DNA of 63,982 bases, filler included, from Octopus bimaculoides (lineage: Eukaryota): assembly GCF_001194135.2 (NCBI RefSeq). It is 6 parts of 6 records of this genome, joined end to end, with 100 filler letters (N's around TTAATTAATTAA, not from the genome) between each part and the next. Parts side by side here need not be neighbours in the genome. Positions count along the whole stretch, not along the records: positions 1 to 19,946 come from NC_068997.1; 5 more parts are not named here. One strand, written 5' to 3'. A model generated the notes under the pieces. The model did not search any database. It saw only the letters and a list, made by a program, of their open reading frames with translations, and was not told where the DNA came from. The translations under genes and the position numbers were made by a program. This document shows positions 1 through 14,424 of this stretch, piece after piece (within the stretch, counting starts at the first letter, position 1; each line of letters begins with the position of its first letter).

Positions 1-35
<35 letters not shown>

Positions 36-917
36 GTAAAACGAAGAATAAAGTAAAAAAAAGGGGGTTTTGTTACAGTTTCTGTCATTTTGGGTTCTTT
101 ACGCGACGGAAAAAGAGAAATTAGGATGACAGAAACTGCAACAAAACCCCTTTTCTTTATTTTCTTTTCTTTTTTTCTCCTCTCTTAACTCAGTATGATC
201 GAACTTTTGGTGATCCACATGATTTATATTCTTCGCCAATCATTTTTGANNNNNNNNNNNNNNNNNNNNNNNNNNNNNNNNNNNNNNNNNNNNNNNNNNN
301 NNNNNNNNNNNNNNNNNNNNNNNNNNNNNNNNNNNNNNNNNNNNNNNNNNNNNNNNNNNNNNNNNNNNNNNNNNNNNNNNNNNNNNNNNNNNNNNNNNNN
401 NNNNNNNNNNNNNNNNNNNNNNNNNNNNNNNNNNNNNNNNNNNNNNNNNNNNNNNNNNNNNNNNNNNNNNNNNNNNNNNNNNNNNNNNNNNNNNNNNNNN
501 NNNNNNNNNNNNNNNNNNNNNNNNNNNNNNNNNNNNNNNNNNNNNNNNNNNNNNNNNNNNNNNNNNNNNNNNNNNNNNNNNNNNNNNNNNNNNNNNNNNN
601 NNNNNNNNNNNNNNNNNNNNNNNNNNNNNNNNNNNNNNNNNNNNNNNNNNNNNNNNNNNNNNNNNNNNNNNNNNNNNNNNNNNNNNNNNNNNNNNNNNNN
701 NNNNNNNNNNNNNNNNNNNNNNNNNNNNNNNNNNNNNNNNNNNNNNNNNNNNNNNNNNNNNNNNNNNNNNNNNNNNNNNNNNNNNNNNNNNNNNNNNNNN
801 NNNNNNNNNNNNNNNNNNNNNNNNNNNNNNNNNNNNNNNNNNNNNNNNNNNNNNNNNNNNNNNNNNNNNNNNNNNNNNNNNNNNNNNNNNNNNNNTATAT
901 ATATATACATATATACA

Positions 918-1068
918 ACAGGCTTCTTTCAGTTTCCGTCTACCAAATCCACTCACAAGGCTTTGGTCGGCCCGAGGCTATAGTAGAAGATACCTGCCTA
1001 AGGTGCCACACAGTGGGACTGAACCCAGAACCATGTGGTTGGTAAACAAACTACTTACCACACAGCCA
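918..1068 (-). mobile_element. SINE family A (tRNA-like head, CORE-like ACCTTGGGCAAG block), 5' half
   Basis: Reverse complement matches the first ~150 nt of the complete copy at 53893-54297. Confidence 0.85.
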
Positions 1069-1221
1069 GTAAATAAATTTATTAAAAAACAATTACAAAC
1101 TTTTCAAACTCAGGTACGTTTTCAACAAATTCTCCTATATTTTTTCTTGCGTGGAAATACACCCCTTCTTTTCTTACATATATATACATGTGTGTGTGTA
1201 ACATATGGTATAATTATATAT

Positions 1222-1490
1222 ATATGTATCACGTTCATGAGACCGTGGTTTCGATTTCTGGACCGGGTAGTGGATTGTATTCCTGAGCAAAACATTTCAT
1301 CTCACGTTGCACTCCGAACTGATCACTTCTACATCTGGCATGCACTTGTACAGGTAATGACGATTTGATGGTTTGAGCGAGCTAATGTGCTACACAAACA
1401 TTTGATCACCTTAAACAAATCATTTGTGCAGGTCGTTCAGCGAGAAATTATGGAACCGTCTTCCACGAATTCGAGAAGGTATTATTACAG
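1222..1490 (+). mobile_element. Decayed SINE (family-B-type head remnant, distinct body); second copy at ~14860-15090
   Basis: Both loci share the blocks catctcacgttg, gatcacttc, aacaaatcatttg and gaaccgtctt in the same order. Confidence 0.6.
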
Positions 1491-1574
1491 GCGCTCGAGC
1501 GCGTACATAGTCATGAATCCACTCACACATATACATACATACATACATTCATACATACATACTACATACATACA

Positions 1575-1607
<33 letters not shown>

Positions 1608-1772
1608 GCGTAGAGGGATCACGTGTGAGGTCTCTCATGAGTGCTACTGGTAGCAGAATCCAGTAGAATCTGTTGCATGGTAGGGTTGTCGATGACTAAA
1701 CAGGCACCGCCACGGGGCTTCCCTGGTGAGGATTAAAAACAAGACCTGTCAAAAGGATGGATGAATCTAATG

Positions 1773-2052
1773 CAATGGTTCTCAAAGTGAGCGGTACTGC
1801 CCCCTTGAAGACGGTGAAAAAGTCCAGGAGAGGCATTGAGGAAAAGTGGGGCGATAGTGTGATGAACAAAGGGGGTCGGCGTTGGTTGCAAAACAACAAA
1901 ACAATGGATTAATTAGGTTAAGCTTTAATTTGTGAAATAGTTGTTTTGAATTTTCTGCAGAAAGTGTTTTATGTTTGTGGTGGTGAGGGGGTGGGGTGGC
2001 ATGTGGGCCGGGTGCGAAGGGGCAGCAACCTGAAAATGTTTGGGAACCACTG
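1773..2052. mobile_element. hAT (Charlie-type) MITE, 280 bp
   Basis: TIRs CAATGGTTCTCAAA / TTTGGGAACCACTG match the CAGTGGTTCCCAAA type. 8-bp TSD ATCTAATG / ATCTAGTG (7/8) resembles the NTCTAGAN preference. Confidence 0.85.
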
Positions 2053-2667
2053 ATCTAGTGTATATTCAACGACTATCTGACAATAGCACAGGACCTCAGA
2101 AATTCTGGGCTGGTCTCTAGCGTGCTGAAAAACCACTAGGAGTGAGGCATCTCTCACCTTTTGTTAAAGTATATTTCTCGGGGAAGGTCATTCTGGTATA
2201 AAGCCAGATAATCAGGGAATGGTATTGAACCTTTTGGGGATCTTTTGCTTGTGCTTGAGATCATGGCGCTCTCTCATTCCTGAGCCTATGACCCATATTG
2301 ATACTGAGTATCTTGCCCTGGCTTGTCTCTGGATCATGTCAGTAGGATGGACAGCGTCTGTGAGGTGCTGTGCAAGCCTTATTGGATCTAAATTTTAGGT
2401 CACACAATCGCCGGCAAGGCGATTATCCGATGCCTGGTCAATTAGGAGAGTGTCGTGGCGAGCATGGAAGCTGCGGACGTGAACTCAAGTGAAACCGACT
2501 GCCGGTGCACTAACCTCATGCACGGCTATTACTGGCAGTTTGCATGGGCAATGGTTAGTGATGGTCTTGCTCGGTCACGAGTGGACAGCCATCATATACA
2601 TGCATACATGCATGCATACATACATACATACATACATACATACGTACATGCATATATATATATATAT

Positions 2668-2807
2668 TACTCTTCTACTGTTTTACTTGTTTCAGTTATT
2701 TGACTGCGGCCATGCTGGAGCACCACCTTTAGTCGAGCAAATCGACCCCAGGACTTATTCTTTGTAAGTCTAGTACTTATTGTATCGGTCCCTTTTGCCG
2801 AACCGCT
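2668..2807 (-). mobile_element. SINE family A, 3' half
   Basis: Reverse complement of the tail ...ctccagcatggccgcagtcaaatgactgaaacaagtaaa seen at 54250-54290. Confidence 0.85.
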
Positions 2808-3721
2808 GTATGTGCGTGTGTGCACAGCATGTATGTGTGTTTGTGTGAGTATATGTTTTAGCTGGCGTAAACCGAAGTGTCGAGTTACGTTCCTTTTAAA
2901 CCAAAGCCACCATTTAAACATTCGATAATTAAAGATCGACAAAATATCCCTTGAAGGCAGCGATCCAGAATGAGTACATTCCAATGACTGAAAGCAGTAA
3001 AAGAATTATATATTATATATAAGCTATGTTCTTTAGTGCATCCTTCCTTCTTTTAAAGTCGGTAGGGAATTTTTTGCGGGTATATCTAGCATGTTGAATG
3101 ACCTCATTAAGGTTCCTTCGCTGGCTCGCACATTATTGTAATTGTTGTGTGATCCTAGGTTGACTTGTATCAAGCGAGTCTATAATCAAAGAGGCTCCAG
3201 TAGTGACGATCATGTCTTATTTTCAGATAAGTGTATCAATGATTGTTATCCATCATGTCAAATTTAACATGACAAAAGTATGTCCTGGGGAGTAGGGATT
3301 TGGTTGCTCTTTGTAGAATGAGAAGCGACCGCCCATCGACTCTCTAGCTTTAACTACTGCTATTGTTGTTGTTGTTTAACCCCATGGCATCTGAGCTCTG
3401 ATCCGTAGCCCTATGATTAGAGGCATTCCTGGCGTGTTCATCCAGTCTCCCTATATGTCAAAGGGCACCCAGAATCACCATGGTCTAATACGATCCTTTT
3501 TAAGATATGGGGTTGTAGTTACAGAGAAATTTGGTCGGTTGGTTGAATAACAACATAGAAACTCCCTCGCTGACTCAATGTGGTATTTGTTAATGTTATT
3601 GTTGTTGTTTATCCTCACGTCAGTCCTGATGAGCCAGAAGGTGTGACCCAGTCCCGATGAGTCAGTCCTGATGAGCCAGTAGGAGCGACCTATAAACCCA
3701 TTGTTCAAGATATCATATATG

Positions 3722-4085
3722 GTGCAGGCTTGGCTGTGTGGTAAGAAGTTTGCTTCCCTACACATGGTTCTGGGTTCAGTTCCACTGTGTGGCAACTTGG
3801 TCAAGTGTCCTCCACTATAGCCTCGGGCCTAACCAAAGCCTTGTTAGTAGATTTGGCAGACGGAAACTGAAAGAAGCCTGTCGTATATATGGGTATGTCT
3901 GTCTTTGTGTATGTGCTTGCCCACTCCCACTGCTTGACAACCGGTGTTGGTGCGTTTAAATCCCCGTAAGATAGCGGTTCGGCAAAAGAGACAGATAAAA
4001 TAAGTATCAGGTTTTACAAAAGAATAATAAGTAAAGAGGTTGATAGGTTCGACTAAATAGTCGAATGACTGAAACAGGCAAAAGA
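3722..4085 (+). mobile_element. SINE family A, near full-length, diverged
   Basis: Head, central AT/GT microsatellite and tail are collinear with 53893-54297. Confidence 0.85.
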
Positions 4086-5299
4086 TACAAGATTCCAACA
4101 GTTGGTTTTAATGGAACTATAAAACATGGAAGTGTAACCATATTACTTTTTAGTTTCTCACTCTTTTTTTTTCTTTTTTCTTTTTGTAATTTGCTTTCGT
4201 AAATCTACAGTTTCTTATGGTTACCGTAACGGTCGTTCCTCGAAGTCTTGTGTATTCTAGCACAGTGTTGAGAAATGCGGCGCTCAAGAATTGATTCATT
4301 TTGCTGCACTTTCATAAGGTTTCTTTTTTTTATGTTTATCTGGATCAACTGAAAGGTGCCCTCAGGATAGTGTTGCTGAAGAATGGTGTTGGTAGGGATG
4401 CTTGTGTGTTTAGGGATGAATATTAACAAGAGTGCATTTTGCACCAAAAGCCAATATGAGAGTTTCTCTCATGGTAACTCGTGCAGTATAGTTTGTTCTA
4501 ACAGAACATCCACATTTAAGTGGGAATAAATATTATCTCTTGGTATTAATACTTAGTAGTTGGGCCCAGTGGAGACAGATGTTTGTTGCTGCAATAAAAC
4601 TCAGCCTCTTGAATCCGTTTTTTTTTATTTTAAAAAAGATTTTAGTGTATCTGTTTCGTAGTGTAGTTGGTCTATAGGTCTGTGTTCAATAGGTGATCTT
4701 GTGAAACTCTGTCTTGTGTTCTTTGCGATGTATTGCGATTTGTTGAGAAGATATTAGTGAGATGAAGCAGGATTGATGTGATCCGCGATGATGACATCTC
4801 TAGCAGTCCCACGTGGGTGGTAGCGTTAGTAGAACTGCTAGTGTTAAATTTTGTTGATGTTTCCAACCGCTGATCAGACCTGAATGACTAGGCTTATGAC
4901 CAAAGGTATTTTCAACTCACAAGGTTCTGGTTGACTCGAATGCATGATAGAAGATTTCCCCTCCTACTCCTTCTTTTTTAAATAGCTTAGTCAGAGGAAG
5001 CAGGGTAGGCCTCCTCTGAAGATCTCAAAGAATGGTAAAAGGAAGTTATCCCTCACATAGTAGAAATGGTCCCAAATACTTTCAACAAAGTTGTGGACTC
5101 TTGAAAAACTTGCCAAAGGATCAGCCGGTGTTGTAAAACCGAGGCGAACAGCTTAACATCTAACAATGTCTGCGTCTATACCTTTATATTGGCTTGTTGT
5201 TATTGTAGTGTTATAGTACAATCACAATGGCTTTATTGTAATAATTACACAAACACCACCAACAAAAAATCTTCGGCTCCTTTCCCATTTCTTCCTTCT

Positions 5300-5585
5300 T
5301 TTCTCGCCTAATTTCCTCTCTCACCCTATACTTTGCACTTCTGACTCGTTATTCCTCTCTGGAACTCATTGCTCCTCTTTCTCCATTCTATATCTTTTGT
5401 TCTCTCTCTATACTACCAACTCTCTCACTCTTTCATCTTTCAATTTTTTCTCACTCATCTCGAATTCTCTATCTCAATAATTAATAGTCTCTTTCCTTAA
5501 ATCACTTTCTCTAGATATTAAGCATTTCCTTCTCTCTCATTTTTACTATCATCTCTCTCTCCTTCTCTCTCTTTCTCTCTCTCCT

Positions 5586-5629
<44 letters not shown>

Positions 5630-6024
5630 CCTCTCATTANNNNNNNNNNTCTCTCTCTCTCTCTCTCTCTCCCTCCCTCTCATTATAATAGCTCTGCTTT
5701 TCCTTTTCTCTGTCATTCGTACTTGCTCTTCACTATCTTCCCAATTCTTCATTTTGTAATCTATTCACCCTCCTCTTTTGCATCCCATTTATCTCCTCTC
5801 CTCCACATCTTCTCTTGTACTTACTCACCCTGTCCCTACATCTACGGAAACCTCCTACCTACTCATTTACCAACTCTTCCTTTTCCTCAACGACTAAATC
5901 CTGCTCCTCCCCCTCCCTATCCTCTCTCCTTCCCCTCGTACACTCGTCCTAGTGGCATTTCCACCATCTCCTCCCACCATTGTCACATACCTACTCCCAC
6001 CATTGCTATCCGCTTTCTTTCGCT

Positions 6025-6072
<48 letters not shown>

Positions 6073-7484
6073 TCTATTATACTTTGTCTTTTCTGACTTT
6101 GTACTTCTATCCTTCATCCTTCCTTCCCTATCCGTACCACTTTGTACTCAAATCCCCCAAACACTGAAGCGCGCGCACAATACATACACATAAATGCACA
6201 CACACCACACACACCACACACACACACACACACATACACACACACACACTCGCTCACTCACAGTTGCTTTCATCATTCTCACAGCAGTTACACCAAACAC
6301 CTTCTATGCCGCCATCATTACGATCTACACCAAGAACCAAACCACCACATCCCATACACCTACCATTGCAGCCAAGCACAATCACCACATCTCAATCACA
6401 TCAAACACACACACACAGAGAAACACACACACACACACACAGAAACACACACACACACACAGAAACACACGCACACACGTGTGTGTGTGTGCGTGTGTGT
6501 GTGTGCGTGTGTGTGTGCATATACTTATTATTTTACTTTTTCAGTCATTGAACTGCAACCATGCGGGTCACCATGTGTATATGTATGTTTGTGTGCATAC
6601 ACATATACACACACACACATACAAACACAACAATAACAACAGCACACACACACACACACAACTACAGTACACACAAACAACAGACACACACGCACAAACA
6701 CACACATGTATATACATACATTTATACACGGAAACATGTATATTCATACATACACACACACACACATATATGTACACGTCCACGCATGCACAAGTACGTA
6801 TGCGTGTATGTACGTATGTATGTATATATGAATGTGTGTGTGTATTTATGTGTGTATATGCATGTATATATATATATATATTATTTATACTTACATAAAT
6901 GTATAGAATATACAAGCATATATATGTATGTATATACTTGTGTGTGAGTGCGTATATGATATTTATAAATTTATGTGTATGTACAGAGACTATATACATA
7001 CATACATACACACATACATACATAGACATATATGTATGTGTGTGTGAACGTGTGCGTGTGTGTTGGTGTGTGTGAGTGCATGACCACCATAAGCATATCG
7101 CATCAATACCGCCACCGCCGCCACAACTTTTAGCCTTGATTACCAGTATCACCACCGCGACCATCCTCGTCTCCATCCACGCTTCGCTTTGCCTCGCTGC
7201 CCACGCAGGCAGCGTGTCCAATATTGATAGGCGCTGGCTGTCAAACAAGCAGCGAGACTGATATAATAATACACCTCTGCATACACATATACACACTATA
7301 CACATTTACGCACAAATATATACACACAAATACACACGCATTCACATACGCACACATACGAACGTACGTATATATTTACCAACACCCACTCACCCACACT
7401 GTCACACACACACACATACATACGTACATACATGCACACATACATGCATATATTCATCCGAATGCAAATTCCCGCAACACGCAT

Positions 7485-7524
<40 letters not shown>

Positions 7525-7850
7525 GCACTCTCCAATATATTCGTATGCAGAACTAATGCACACATACATACATACATACATACATACATAATACATACAT
7601 TCATGCATACATACATATATATATATATATACATACACACGCACATACATATAGACACAGATATACATACATGAACAAATGCTTATACGCGCACACATAT
7701 ACATACACTCGGGCGCGCATACACACACCCATGCACGCACGCGCACAAGAAGCATAAATATATGTGGATAATTTCTTATGCGCACATACACGTACACTTT
7801 GCACAAAAACACGTACAACCATGCGTACATACTGCACGGCGCCAATTAGA
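5300..7850. repeat. ~2.5-kb compound low-complexity domain (CT, AC, AT, ATAC and degenerate ACC repeats)
   Basis: Read directly from sequence. Source of the spurious HT/CV/YI-rich ORFs. Confidence 0.95.
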
Positions 7851-8154
7851 GTATGTCATTCATGATATTTATCAGGAGCTCTGTCACTGTTTTTTAAAAT
7901 TTTGTTTTATCTATTTATTTAACTTTTACTTTTTGTTTAGAAAAAAAATCTGATTTGAAGAAAACACAGTTCTATAAATGACAAAAATTGTTGGGAATGT
8001 GCGAGTATGTTGGAGCGAGTAGTTTAATACACATATGAATGAGAACAGCCGGCTGACACGGTTTCAACGCTTTTGATCAAAGGTCTCTTCAGTTGCGGCT
8101 GACCTGAGGTTGAACAAAGGCAGCAACAGCAGCAACACTACCAAAAATGATAAC

Positions 8155-8345
8155 GGTTTCAAATTTTGGCCGAAGGCGGGAAACGATTACATCGACCTCA
8201 GTATTTGGTTGGTATTTACCTCAATGATTCCGAAAGGATGAAAGGCAAAGTCGACCTCGGCTTAATTTGAACTCAGAACGTAAAGACGGACAAAATGCCG
8301 CCATACATTTTTCTGGCATACTAACGGTTCCGCCAGTTTGTTGCC
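8155..8345 (-). mobile_element. SINE family D; further copies at ~8938-9131(-), 34253-34438(+), 35531-35720(+), 37575-37770(+), 44343-44520(-), 49430-49620(-)
   Basis: Shared head ggcgagctggcagaatcgttagc, B-box-like gagttcaaattcc and body gtcgactttgcctttcatcc...gtcgatgtaatcgac. Confidence 0.85.
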
Positions 8346-8360
8346 TTAATAATAATAATA

Positions 8361-8410
<50 letters not shown>

Positions 8411-8421
8411 AACGATAATAA

Positions 8422-8880
8422 TGATTTCTTTATTAACCACGAAGGTCTACATTAAGAAAAACATTATGGACAGTACGGGACAAAACAAAGAATGTGTATG
8501 TGCAAGTGTGTGAGTGTGTGTATGTGCGTGTATGTGTGTGTATGTGTGTGAGTATGTGCTGTTGTGAGAGCTTTACGTGTAAACAAGACTAACAAAATTA
8601 TAAAAAAAAGAAAGAAAGCAATCAACAATGTGTAATCCTCGATAGGGAGGAGACGTTCGAGAGATGCTCATGGAAAAAGCCCATAAAAAAGCCCATGGGT
8701 ACCCTGACTTTTGGGGCACGTGCCTTTTTACCTTTCTTTTTTTCTTTTTTTCCACTACAGGTGTATGCTTAGGGCAGGTCCGTTCACTCGCACCATTACC
8801 GCTACTTTCATCCACCTTTCAACAAGCTGACCAAAAGACACTTCCCTCTCTACCCTTATTTTCCTTTTCAAGTGAAACTT
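8422..8880 (-). mobile_element. Probable 5'-truncated LINE 3' UTR ending GTGGTTAATAAAGAAAT, followed by an ATT/ATC repeat
   Basis: Terminal motif resembles the 3' end of the Tx1-like LINE at 27325 (GTGGGTAATAAAGAGAT). The 5' boundary is approximate. Confidence 0.45.
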
Positions 8881-9137
8881 GAAGATGCTGATCAGGGATT
8901 GGCTGAAGAGAAAGGTGTTTGCCTTCAGTAATAATCCTTTCTACTGAAGGCACAAGGCCTTGAAATGTCGGAGGAGGGGACTAGTCGATTACATCGACCC
9001 CAGTTTTCACTGGTACTTAATTTCGCGACCCAAAGTCAACTTCGGCGGAATTTGAACTTAGAACGTGAAGACGGACGAAATGCCACTAAGCATTTTGCCC
9101 AGCGTGTTAACGATTCTGCCAGCTCGCCACTTTGATG

Positions 9138-9181
<44 letters not shown>

Positions 9182-9884
9182 GGGTGAGACTTCGATCCAA
9201 CTTGTACAAATGCAAAACAAAAGTCAAACATAAAATAATAATAATAATAATGATAATAATAATGATTTCATATTTTTTGCCACCCGGGTAGCTTGGGGGA
9301 GGGGATGAAGTCGATTACATCGACCCCAGTGGTGGTTGTGTTGTGGTTATGTTAGTTGGCGGTTGTGACAGTGGTTGTGTTGGTGGTAGTGTAGTATTGT
9401 TGGTTGTTAAGAGCGAGTTAATGATAGTGCTGGTAGGTGTGTTGGTGATAGTGATGGAGCAGTGTTGGTAGTTGTACTGGTGGTAATGAAAGTAATGGTG
9501 TTGGTGGTAGAGCTGGTAGTTGTAAGACGGTCACAAACCCGTAGTGGTTGTTGTTGTTGTTGTGATAGTTGCAACTGATGCTATTGTTATTTTGCTTCAG
9601 CTCAGAACTAATCGAGCAGACTTAAAATCAATTGCATTCTAACCGTGACCATCCTGCCTTATCAGAATGTCTGTCCTTCTTTCGAGACGGTAGAGAGTGA
9701 CTGGAGAAGTTTGCAGCTATTTCTAGCAATTTAAACGAGAACGGACATGCTACGGTCTTATCACGGTTGTTGTAGTGCATTTTTTAAAGAACTGGGTCGG
9801 GTGGCTCTGATAAATCACAGATTGACAAAAAGTGTTCCACCCCTGTCCAGCTTGCTTTTTTTTTATGTAACTGGGACTCCGTCA

Positions 9885-10160
9885 GTTACGACGACGAGTG
9901 TTCCAGTTAATCCTATCAACAGAACAGCCTGTTCGTGAAATTAACGTGCAAGTGCCTAAAAACTCCATAGACACGAGTGCTTTTAACGTAGAAGTTCTCC
10001 GGGAAATTCAGCGTGACACAGAGTGTGACAAGGCTGGCCCTTCCAAATACAGGTACTACTCATTTTTGCCAGCTGATTGGACTGGAGCAACGTGATATAA
10101 AGTGTCACGCCGCAGGGAATTGAACTCACGACCTTACGATATTGAGCCAAATATGCTAAT
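9885..10160 (-). mobile_element. SINE family B, internally deleted; similar decayed copies at ~11945-12240(-) and ~17830-18030(-)
   Basis: Blocks aacagcctgttcgtgaaattaacgtgcaagtg and actggagcaacgtga match 32504-32894 and 20610-20935. Confidence 0.75.
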
Positions 10161-10914
10161 CACTAACCGATGCGCCTTTTTTTCATGTAGGATTACAATG
10201 ATCAACATGACCTTCTTTTTCTTTACGATGATAGGGTGTGATTCGAGAGAATGTGGTTGCTACTTCTGCTGCTCGAGCAAACACATAGTTTCCAATGAGA
10301 TCAATACCATCCTCTCGCGGGATGGAGGTGTTAAGAGCTATGAACGAGTGGCAAAATTATATTAAAGAGGAGCGTTATGAGCCATGACATGGGTGAAGAG
10401 AAAAATTATACTAGTAGGTTTCTGGAAAGTTATTGGGCCATTTTATAAAATCATTATTGTCATTTGCGTCCCGGTGCCTTAGACTATTGCTCGGTTGAAA
10501 GTTGGCTGTCACCGTTTATTTGTAATAAAAGTTTCATGTGTAAAACTAGTACTCTTAAATACCGAAGTTAGCATTTGAGCTGAACATTAGATTTAATTCT
10601 CAGTAATTGCCTTTTGTTAGAATAATTTCTTCAGTTCAAATGTGAACAAGAGTTAGTTTTGCAAGTTCAACCAGAAAGTCATCCAGAATACGTTTTTCTG
10701 CAGTGAAGAAACAACAATAACTGGAACAATAATAATGGGAGCATTTCTCTTTGCAAATCACTTCGACGGTTCTTATCAGACATAACGACACACTAGAAAA
10801 CGACATTCCTATATTTTCTTATGCGTACATTATTTATTAATATAATTAACATAATCATCAAGATATCCGACATTGTTCGTTAATATGATTAAAGTAAGAA
10901 TAATTAAGATAGGA

Positions 10915-11230
10915 GACATTGTTTATTAATGTGATATCTCTGCTGATGACAATCAGCAAGTTTTACAATTTTTGGCTTCAACTTTCATTAATGAAGTCGT
11001 CGTAAATCTCCACGTGGCTCTTCGGTTTCTAGTTCTAGTTTTCGTCAATTGATAAATTTTTTCCGCCAGATAAGATGACAGAAAAGCAACAGCAGTAGCC
11101 CAGTTTCATTCTGCATTGTAGCCACATTTCACACAAGCCTTGATCATCAAAGATCATCTTGACTTTCTCGTCGTTTTGCAATTCAGTTTTTTTTTCTTGT
11201 TCTTCTTGAACACAAATGAGTACCAGTCCA
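10915..11230 (-). pseudogene. hAT transposase C-terminal (dimerisation domain) remnant, frameshifted
   Basis: Minus-strand fragments ELQNDEKVKMIF..MWLQC, WATAVAFLSSYLAEK, KTRTRNR, RGDLRRL and KLKPKIVKLADCHQ resemble the FPSSYL..RNRL..RGDLR..HQ C-terminus of Charlie/ZBED8-type transposases. Manual translation only. Confidence 0.65.
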
Positions 11231-13235
11231 GGTATACTTTGTTTGAAAGACGATCATGCATAAGCTGGTATATATTCGAATACAAAAGTAGACATTTCAG
11301 CTGAGTAGAATGGTGTCATTCTCTGGAATCTTTTCTCCTTACAATAAGAATAAGAAAGTATAACAACCGTAGAATTTATACATACTAGCAACATTGGTAG
11401 AAATTTCGCTGTTATTTTGAAAACAATAAAATTCTTGGAAGTTAAAGTGTCATGGTATAATTACGAAATAATAAAGAATCATGAAACAATAAATTCTTTT
11501 GAAATGATAATTTTTCTGAAGCGTTTGATTCTGGAGTTGGCAAGAAAGAAGTCACATACGTAATGCTGAAGCTGCAACTTTCGGAGAGAGCATCTTTGAA
11601 GACTATATTATTTGTTATGTCGTCTCTTCTACCTTAGAGTTGCTATAAATTCCTTTGCATTTAGATATGAACACATTCTAGGGAGAGTGAGGTACAATTA
11701 TTCATTATTCAAATTACTGAAAATGTGTTGAAAGGACATGTATATAGCAAATACTTTAAACAATTTTAACTAGATATGGTAATGCTTTAACAAATTTTAA
11801 TACTTATCATAGAGAAAAGTGCATACGGTTGGACTTGAACCCATAGTCCTACTAGAAGAAATACAGTAGCTGTCCCACTGAGCTGCGGCATAAAAATAAA
11901 TTACACTTAATTTAAAATGTATATTTATGAACCGATTGTCTAACAAATAGCTGGTTACGACGACGAAGGTTTCAGTTGATCCGAACAACGAAACAGCTTG
12001 CTTGTGAAATGAACGTACAATTGACTGAGCACTTCACCACAGACACGTGTACCTTTTGTGTAGTTCTCAGCAAGATTCAGGTTTGAAATACAGATACAGC
12101 TCATTTTTGCCAGCTAAGTGGACAGGAGCAGCGTGAAATAAAATGTCTTACGTAAGGGCACAACACGTACACCGGGAATCGAACTCACGACCTCATGATC
12201 GTGAGCCGAATAGCCTAACCTCTAAGCTACGTGCCTTCACCTTGCAAAATATTATAGATATTGTATCTATAATATATTATGTCATCGTTCCATCTCAGTC
12301 AATTGTCTTCGGATCATATAAATTTTGTGTGTTTAATATACTATGTCTTCGATTTCGTTCCATTGTTAAAAGTGTGTTGTTTAAAAACATTACAGTAAAC
12401 TGTATCAGAATCATATCATGGGTGAGAAGAAAATACCGAAGAAGATAAAGTTAGTGTGCTCTTCAATATATGTGTTTTTGTTATAGGCACAGCCACGTGG
12501 ATGTAGATAGGAAGTTTGCGTCGCAACCACATGGTCTCGGATTCAGTCCCGAAGCTTTAAAAATATTTATTGGACTCGACTTGATCGAACAAGCCCTTCA
12601 TGGGTGCAGTGTGAAACAAGTGAAAGAACAGAAGAATATATTTGCTTTCAAAGGACACCACCAGTAGTTGATGGTGTAGGGCCGACGTTGTGACACAATC
12701 AGCCTGTATTGGTCATCTGAAACGGGAGGAGCAAATCCCGCACCACGTTTCAATACACCACAGTCAATTCCTTGCGAGAGAGAGAGAGGGGGAGAGNNNN
12801 NNNNNNNNNNNNAGGGAGGGGGATGGGAGGGGAGGGGAAGGGGAGAGAGAAAGAGAGGGAGAGGGAGAGAGGGAAAGAGAGGGAAAGAGAGGGAAAGAGA
12901 GGGAGAGGGAGAGAGAGAAATAGAGAGTGTGTGAGAGTGAGAGAGAGAGAAAGAAAGAGAGAGAGGGTGAAGGAAAGAGAAAGAATTTCTTCAGCTCTGG
13001 TAGCATTTATTCATCAACCCCAAAAGATATTCTATCCGAGTTCCAATGATTCTTTCAATTTTTGGATATTTTTCTATGACTTTATCATCAACTTAAAATT
13101 TTCATTTAAAATTCATTACTTTACTTAGCAGCACTTCTAAAAGGATTTCTGCTTTTACGTATCATCCTCTTCTAATCTATTCAAAACAATATATTTCTAT
13201 AACATTGCAAGAACATTTTAATTATCTTTTATTTT

Positions 13236-13500
13236 TTAAACTTGTTTTCAGTCACTGGTCGTGGCCATGCTGAGGCACTGCCATGAAGGGTTCAGTCGAA
13301 CAAATTGATACCAATACTTACTTCTAAGTCTGGTACTTATTCTATCGGTCTGTTTTGCGGAATCGTCAGGTTCCGAGAACGCAAACAAAAACATCAGTTA
13401 TCAAACAGTGGTGGGAAACAAACAGAAACATATAAACGACTTAATCCGGAACCATATGGTTGCGAAGCAAACTTCTTACCACATAGCCACGCCTGCACCT
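13236..13500 (-). mobile_element. SINE family A, decayed; other minus copies at ~14212-14377, 19331-19385, 45250-45640, 46248-46388
   Basis: Reverse-complement similarity to 53893-54297. Confidence 0.8.
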
Positions 13501-14013
13501 CTAATTATATATTCTTCTGGACAAAGTTTTTATTTACCACAATTACTCCTTGTTGTATGTAATTTCAGGAAGCCATGTTGTACATTTAATTTACAATGTT
13601 TCACAAAATGAATATGCAATATTTTGCATAAGACATTACTTTATTTTACTATAGTTACGAAAGTTTTGTTCTTTTTTTCTTTTGGTTTCTTATTTTAATC
13701 ATATTAAACAACGTCTGGCTGCTATCTTAATTATTCGTATTTTAATCATACTAATAAACAATGTCTGCTTTATTAATTATTCTTATTTTAATCACATTAA
13801 TGAACATCTTACCTCTAAAATAATATAAATCTGTTTACATTTATGTTAAGTTTAATTATAGCCGTAACGATTATTAGAAATAAATGTTAGGGGCGGTGGT
13901 GAGTAACCGAGTGTTTGATGGAGGATAAGAGATTATTAATAAAACGTTTATAGAGGGGCTGACCAAGATGGCTCTAAATAAGTGATATACGTATATTTTT
14001 GTATACTGCTACG

Positions 14014-14067
<54 letters not shown>

Positions 14068-14374
14068 TGCTTGTGAGCACATGTTTGCATATACATGTAT
14101 GTGATGCCTGTATGTTGCACTTATGTGTATATTATTTTCTGTGCGCTGGTGTTTATTCAAATGTATAAATATACATACATACATACATGCATATACCCCT
14201 ACCCCTCACACACGATGAGCTTCTTTCAGTTTCCGTCAACTGAATCCACTCACAAGGTTTTGGTTGGCCTGAGGCTATGGTAGAAGTCATTTACCCAAGG
14301 TGCCATGTTGTGGGACTGAACCCGGAACCATGTGATACGGAAGCAGGCTTCTTACCACACAGCCACGCCTGCGC

Positions 14375-14424
<50 letters not shown>

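Noticed and set aside
3620-3690. Three CTGATGAG-like repeats as tandem hammerheads
   Set aside because: No GAAA or stem III follows. The unit looks like a local duplication of a common repeat end (gttgtttaacccc...tcag...gatc) seen elsewhere in the window.
11822-11892. tRNA-like sequence on the minus strand (GCTCAGTGG ... GGTTCAAGTCC)
   Set aside because: The acceptor stem does not pair and there is no clear anticodon arm. Probably a decayed SINE head.
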